Below are positions 59,332 to 64,000 of a DNA stretch of 64,000 nt, piece after piece (within the stretch, counting starts at the first letter, position 1; every line of letters starts with the position of its first letter). Below the pieces are notes generated by a model that did not search any database, was not told where the DNA came from, and saw nothing but the letters and a program-made list of their open reading frames with translations. A program made the position numbers and the translations under genes. Source of the DNA: a bacterium. GTDB taxonomy: Bacteria; Acidobacteriota; Blastocatellia; HR10. The stretch spans positions 64,001 through 128,000 of the forward strand of contig JBEPZV010000001.1 in NCBI GenBank assembly GCA_041640655.1, in the 5' to 3' direction.

Positions 59332-60906
59332 ATGTCTCAATCAGATAAACTCAACCGCAGAGACTTTTTACGCTTATCGGGCCTCGGGGTGGCGACTCTG
59401 TTCGCCGGTCCCCTCCTGAGCGGATGTACCTCCGCTGAACAGGGCACAGCCATCCCCACGGCAACCACTGCCGAGCTGGAGATCGCCCTGCAAGCGATGC
59501 GGGGAGAAGTATCCATCCTCCCCGGCAAAGCCACGCGTGTCTGGAGATACCAGGGTCAGGTGACCAAAGGCGACCCTGCCAGCCTGCAAACCCTGGATTC
59601 CTATCTTGGGCCGATTTTGCGGGTGCGAAGGGGGCAAAGAGTGCGCATCGTCTTCACTAATAACCTGTCTGAACAATCCATTGTGCATTGGCACGGTCTG
59701 CACGTACCGGACGATATGGACGGACATCCGCGCCATGCCATCGGACCCGGTCAGACCTATGTCTACGAGTTCCAGGTCCTCAACCGTGCCGGTACATACT
59801 GGTTCCATCCCCATCCCCATAAGATCACTGGCCCCCAAGTGTACAAGGGCCTGGCCGGCTTGTTCTTGGTCTCTGATGACGAGGAAATGGCCGCCGGCCT
59901 GCCCTCTGGGGAGTATGATATCCCACTGATCATTCAAGACCGCACCTTCGACGCCGACAACCAACTGCTCTATCTTCCAGGCGGGATGATGGATCAGATG
60001 ATGGGGTTCCTGGGAGACCGTATCCTGGTCAACGGGCAACCCGACTTTGTGCTGCCGGTGGCGACGCGGCCTTATCGTCTACGTCTGCTCAACGGTTCCA
60101 ACTCCCGCATCTACAAACTCGGTTGGGAGGACGGCACTCCTTTGATGGTCATTGCCACTGACGGCGGCCTGCTGGAAAAGCCGGTGCAACGCAGCTACGT
60201 GGTTCTCGCCCCTGGCGAGAGAGTTGAGCTGTGGGTTGATTTTAGCGGGCGTCCCCTGGGTAGCGAACTGCGCCTACAAAGCCTGGCTTTTGCTGGTGCT
60301 GAAGCCACAAGGATGATGATGGGTCGTGCACCAGCGTTACCCAACGGGTCGGAGTTTACCGTGATGCGCGTACGCGTGGAGCGGGAATCCGAAGAAAAAC
60401 AGGCGCTGCCTGAACGCCTCTCCACCATCCCGCGCTACCGGTTGGAAGATGCAGTCAACCGCGAGAAGCCGCGTGCCTTCACCCTCACCATGCAGCAAAT
60501 GCTTTGGACGATCAATGGCCGCACTTTCGAGATGGAAAGCGTGGCCAAGGACGAAGTGGTCAAATTGAACACCATAGAGGTGTGGGAGTTCGTCAATCAG
60601 CCGGGCAGCATGGGTATGGGTATGATGGGCGGTATGGTGGAAGAGATGGCCCACCCCATGCACATCCACGGGCTGCAATTCCAGGTCATAAAGCGTGAGG
60701 TGCGCCCAGAGATGACTGCCAACTGGGAAACCGTAAGCGCCGGCTACGTGGATGAGGGCTGGAAGGATACGGTACTGGTAATGCCAGGCGAACGAGTCAG
60801 GCTTCTGCTCAAGTTCGAGGACTTTACCGGCCTGTACCTTTACCACTGCCACAACTTGGAACACGAAGACCTGGGGATGATGCGCAATTACCGAGTAACT
60901 GCGTAA
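59332..60906 (+). CDS. Three-domain multicopper oxidase (CueO-like) with Tat signal and lipobox
   Basis: RRDFLR, LSGC, HWHG, WFHPH, HPMHIH, HCHNLEHEDLGMM; Met-rich loops. Confidence 0.93.
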   Translation: MSQSDKLNRRDFLRLSGLGVATLFAGPLLSGCTSAEQGTAIPTATTAELEIALQAMRGEVSILPGKATRVWRYQGQVTKGDPASLQTLDSYLGPILRVRRGQRVRIVFTNNLSEQSIVHWHGLHVPDDMDGHPRHAIGPGQTYVYEFQVLNRAGTYWFHPHPHKITGPQVYKGLAGLFLVSDDEEMAAGLPSGEYDIPLIIQDRTFDADNQLLYLPGGMMDQMMGFLGDRILVNGQPDFVLPVATRPYRLRLLNGSNSRIYKLGWEDGTPLMVIATDGGLLEKPVQRSYVVLAPGERVELWVDFSGRPLGSELRLQSLAFAGAEATRMMMGRAPALPNGSEFTVMRVRVERESEEKQALPERLSTIPRYRLEDAVNREKPRAFTLTMQQMLWTINGRTFEMESVAKDEVVKLNTIEVWEFVNQPGSMGMGMMGGMVEEMAHPMHIHGLQFQVIKREVRPEMTANWETVSAGYVDEGWKDTVLVMPGERVRLLLKFEDFTGLYLYHCHNLEHEDLGMMRNYRVTA

Positions 60907-61591
60907 TTCGACGGCACCGGCATGTGTGTATAGAACGTCAAGCGCGAGAGAAGGTTAGCAAGGCCCGAGCAGGTATATATTTTCCAGCCAGCAATCCCCA
61001 TTCTCCTTTCTCCTTCACGACCAACCGGGGACCAAAGTCGGTGGACCCATGCCAGCGGTTGACTCAGGGTGGGCAGTCGGTGATATACTGGCGGCGACTT
61101 GTGGTGGTGTGAAAGCGGGTCGGCGAGGGAGCGTTCCCGTGTTGGAGCAGAAGAGGGTTGAGGGCTCGGACTTCGAGATCGCGCCTGATGGGCACACCGA
61201 CGTCCGTCGCATGTATGGCTCCCGCTGTGCGCGCGCCGCAGTCCGGGCGGCTCCAACAGGTGCGTCGGGCGCTCTGGGCGCGGCATGACCGTCGCCAAGC
61301 GGAAGAGGGGGATGGGGAGCAGGCGGTTCATCATCTTCCACAAGGTCTGTCTCGGCCACAAAGCCGTGCGGACGGCGGTGGTCTACATGCATGTGTTGAA
61401 CCGGCGCGGTCCAGGTGTCCCGAGCCCGGCTGATGCATTGTGAGCGATGCGCGTGGGACGGAAACCGTATCACAGGACGAGGACATAAAGTGAGGGGACA
61501 TGATGGAAACAAACCGCTTGGCGATCAAGGCGCCGATGCGTCTTCTGCCAAGACACCGCCAAGATCTGGGGGATGCCAGGCGGGAACCGAG

Positions 61592-61670
61592 CATGTCAGC
61601 TGGCCGAACAGGGTGGAGATGAGGTTCTCTATCTTGAGGCGCCAATGCTTGTGCCACCACTTGCCCAACC
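61592..61670 (+). mobile_element. IS630-family transposase scar
   Basis: HVSWPNRVEMRFSILRRQCL resembles the HxSWLNxxExxFSxLxRQCL motif. Confidence 0.55.
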
Positions 61671-61870
61671 GGTGCGTCGGGAAGTAGAGGGGCAGCCGCT
61701 CGGGCGACGGTGGCTTGGCGTCTTGCCACAGCGCATGCGCGGCAAAAATGGCATCGCCACTACGCGAAGGCCAACAGGTGATTGCCAAATGTAATGTGGT
61801 CGAGTACGCGCATCAGGCAACACACAGGGAAGTGATCGGTGTGCTCGCGAGGCATCTTTGGGGGGGCCTG

Positions 61871-62527
61871 ATGGTGTTCGTGGGGATGGCGCGCACCCCG
61901 TGGGGAGTGTTGGCACAGAAGCCGCTGGCCGAGAAGCTGCATGATCCCACGACGGACCGCGCCTATCCCGTGGTGCGCGACCCTCGGTTGAACTACGTGG
62001 TGAGCGCGCTGGAGCTCACCGGCGATTTCTACCGGTTGCGCTTCAAGCAGGCGTTCGTCTCCTTCGGGGTGACCGAGCGCGGGACGACGGAAGTCGTGAT
62101 CATCGGCTGGACGCCCCAACGGGAGGCCCCCTCAGGGGAGCTGATCCTGACGCCTTCGCCCGACGTGAAAAAGCTGGAGGCTGTGCTCTCACCCGGAGGT
62201 GCGCCCGAGCCCACACGGCCGATCGAGAGCGTTCCCGAGCGCCGTCGTGTGACCAGGGTCTACCTCCGTCTGCATCCCGGCGACCCGTTCCTGAACATCC
62301 CTGCAGAGCGGTTGCGTTCCGAGCCGGATCCCGCACGACATGATGAGGCCGAAGCCGTCCGGCGATCGCGGTTCCCGTTGTACCTCAACGAAGGACCCTC
62401 ACAGGCGATCATTCCACCTCCCGGCGTGCGCGTGCTCGATGCGGAGACGACATCAGGGGACCGGATCGTGGTGCTCGATGGGCCGAACGTTCCCCGGAGC
62501 ATCACCCGATTGATCGTGAGGCGTTGA
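61871..62527 (+). CDS. Hypothetical protein (start uncertain)
   Basis: Long ORF with protein-like composition, no recognised motif. Confidence 0.5.
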   Translation: MVFVGMARTPWGVLAQKPLAEKLHDPTTDRAYPVVRDPRLNYVVSALELTGDFYRLRFKQAFVSFGVTERGTTEVVIIGWTPQREAPSGELILTPSPDVKKLEAVLSPGGAPEPTRPIESVPERRRVTRVYLRLHPGDPFLNIPAERLRSEPDPARHDEAEAVRRSRFPLYLNEGPSQAIIPPPGVRVLDAETTSGDRIVVLDGPNVPRSITRLIVRR

Positions 62528-62679
62528 ATCGGGGGAAGACCCGCCGAAGAGCGGCTCACCGGAATGCCCCCGGGTCGGTCGCGCTCCCACCGGGGTCCTC
62601 TCCGCCGCATCAGATCAGCATATCACCCGCGTTCGTGGCGAAGACAAGGGGTCCGGCACGCCTCCCCACCGCCTGTGAA

Positions 62680-63384
62680 TCAGCCGAGAGGGACGTCAAC
62701 GGGGACAGCGCTTCTCACGAGAATGCGCCCCGAGGTGACCGAACACGCATAGGCGCACAGCACCACACCGGCGTGCAACGCCTCGCGCCCGGCTTCGACC
62801 AGCTCCGGATCCGCCCGAACATCGAGTCGCAGCCGGCGCGCATCATCCCGCTGGATGAACCAGATCATGGCCGCGCGCATTCCCCGTCGAACCGCGCGCG
62901 CGAGCGCTCGCAAGTGCCGGGCACCGCGGGCCGTGGGGGCGTCCGGGAAGAGCGCGACACGATCCTCCACGCGATTGCACGACTTCGTCTCCACAAGCCA
63001 CACCCCGTCAGCCGCCTGCACGCGAAAGTCCAGGCGTTCGCCCTCATAGGAGACCTCTCGTTCCCACCCGAGGACGCCGCAAACGGGCGGAAGACCGCCG
63101 GTTCGAAGCGCGGTCTCCCAGAGGCGGTTCGGCACCTGGCTGTCCACGCCCACCCATCGGCCACAATGATGCACCAGAAGCAGCGTCCCCCACGTCCGAC
63201 CATGCCCAGTGGGGTGCACGCGCACCAGGACTCCGGGGATCAACAGTTCCGAGAGGCGACCGGAATTGGGCAGATGGACATATCGGTGCTGACCCGCGAC
63301 CACGACCTCCGCGGCGAAGCGGTTCACGCGCTGCACGAATCGGCCCGCGAGAAGGGGGCGAGGGAGTCGAAGCTCCACGCGCAT
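62680..63384 (-). CDS. sfsA: Sugar fermentation stimulation protein (DNA-binding/nuclease fold)
   Basis: RVNRF, HLPNSGRL.EL, RLDF, VETKSC, FPDAPTARGARHL. Confidence 0.92.
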   Translation of the reverse strand: MRVELRLPRPLLAGRFVQRVNRFAAEVVVAGQHRYVHLPNSGRLSELLIPGVLVRVHPTGHGRTWGTLLLVHHCGRWVGVDSQVPNRLWETALRTGGLPPVCGVLGWEREVSYEGERLDFRVQAADGVWLVETKSCNRVEDRVALFPDAPTARGARHLRALARAVRRGMRAAMIWFIQRDDARRLRLDVRADPELVEAGREALHAGVVLCAYACSVTSGRILVRSAVPVDVPLG

Positions 63385-63528
63385 CCTGACATCATAGCGC
63401 ACCACTGGCGCACCGCTCCACACATCGCGGTCTCTCGGGTCACGCCCCTGGACTTTCCCGGCTCTTTCGTGTACCCTCTCGCATCAAACAAGCGTTTGGT
63501 CCGATGCATCTCGCGGAGGAGAGTGAGG

Positions 63529-64000
63529 ATGCCGACACGAGAGGTCTATTGGAACATCCACCACGTCTGGATCATGTATGCGCTGCTTGTACCCACCCTG
63601 CTCATCTTCGGATACGGGGTGTACCGTCGCCTCCGACTCTGGCGGCGGGGGCGGCCCTATCCGGTTCAGTGGAAGGAGGCGCTCCCACGCGCGAAGGCCA
63701 TCGCCATAGACGTTCTCGCTCATCGGCGAATGCTTCGAGAGGCTTATTCCGGACTCGCGCATCTGGCCCTCTTCGCCGGATTCCTCATCCTCTTCATCGG
63801 GACGCTCGTCGTGATGGTCCACGAGGATTTCAAGATGCGGATCATGCAGGGGGCGTTCTATCTCTATTTCCAATCGCTCACTCTCGATCTCTTCGGCCTG
63901 CTGGCGATCTTGGGCATCGCGATGCTCGCCGCGAAACGTTATCTCATGAGGCCCGCCCGGCTGCATGTGAACGTTCCCGAACGAGAGGGCGCCTCGCGGC
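63529..64000 (+). CDS. FadF/Hdr-like membrane Fe-S oxidoreductase N-terminus (runs off the right edge)
   Basis: MPTREVYWNI..MY, GLAHLALFAGFLILFIGT, FYLYF..LDLFG. Confidence 0.7.
   Translation, partial: MPTREVYWNIHHVWIMYALLVPTLLIFGYGVYRRLRLWRRGRPYPVQWKEALPRAKAIAIDVLAHRRMLREAYSGLAHLALFAGFLILFIGTLVVMVHEDFKMRIMQGAFYLYFQSLTLDLFGLLAILGIAMLAAKRYLMRPARLHVNVPEREGASR

Noticed and set aside
58734..59348. 204-aa and 129-aa ORFs across the GH30-oxidase gap
   Set aside because: They span the attC-like element and have no protein motifs
60910..61560. Second attC site or integron integrase after the multicopper oxidase
   Set aside because: GTTAGCA is present, but I found no paired arms and no tyrosine-recombinase motifs; it looks like decayed DNA

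Overview
GC-rich bacterial window, probably Acidobacteriota (inferred from several Oar-like TonB-dependent receptors and a DUF5818-like protein). Left to right: (1) two Oar-like TBDRs behind a sigma54-type promoter, next to an atypical bEBP and an ECF sigma gene cluster; (2) a redox island with Rieske and cytochrome b-c-c fusion genes, a Met-rich membrane protein, a cytochrome P460-family protein and a DUF5818-like protein that both carry NPCNPC repeats, an exported FGE-family enzyme, a CxxC redoxin and a Crp/Fnr regulator with matching boxes; (3) glnD-glnK-amtB; (4) two hydantoinase/oxoprolinase catabolic operons, each with a TBDR, separated by decayed IS481-like and IS5 elements; (5) a ThiF fragment and an HTH-ParA-Rep-like module whose third gene holds two arrays of 15-bp GAGCCAGCTC repeats; (6) a putative defence island (ABC ATPase + TOPRIM-like protein, PHP-ABC ATPase, AlbA_2 protein) punctuated by stubs of DUF1156 and helicase genes; (7) a GH30 gene followed by an attC-like site, a multicopper oxidase, an IS630 scar, sfsA and a partial FadF-like gene. 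No tRNA, rRNA or CRISPR array was recognised. All family calls come from motif recognition by eye, not from database searches. The best candidates for an undescribed system are the NPCNPC/P460/FGE locus, the ParA plus repeat-containing Rep-like module, and the stub-delimited defence cassette array.
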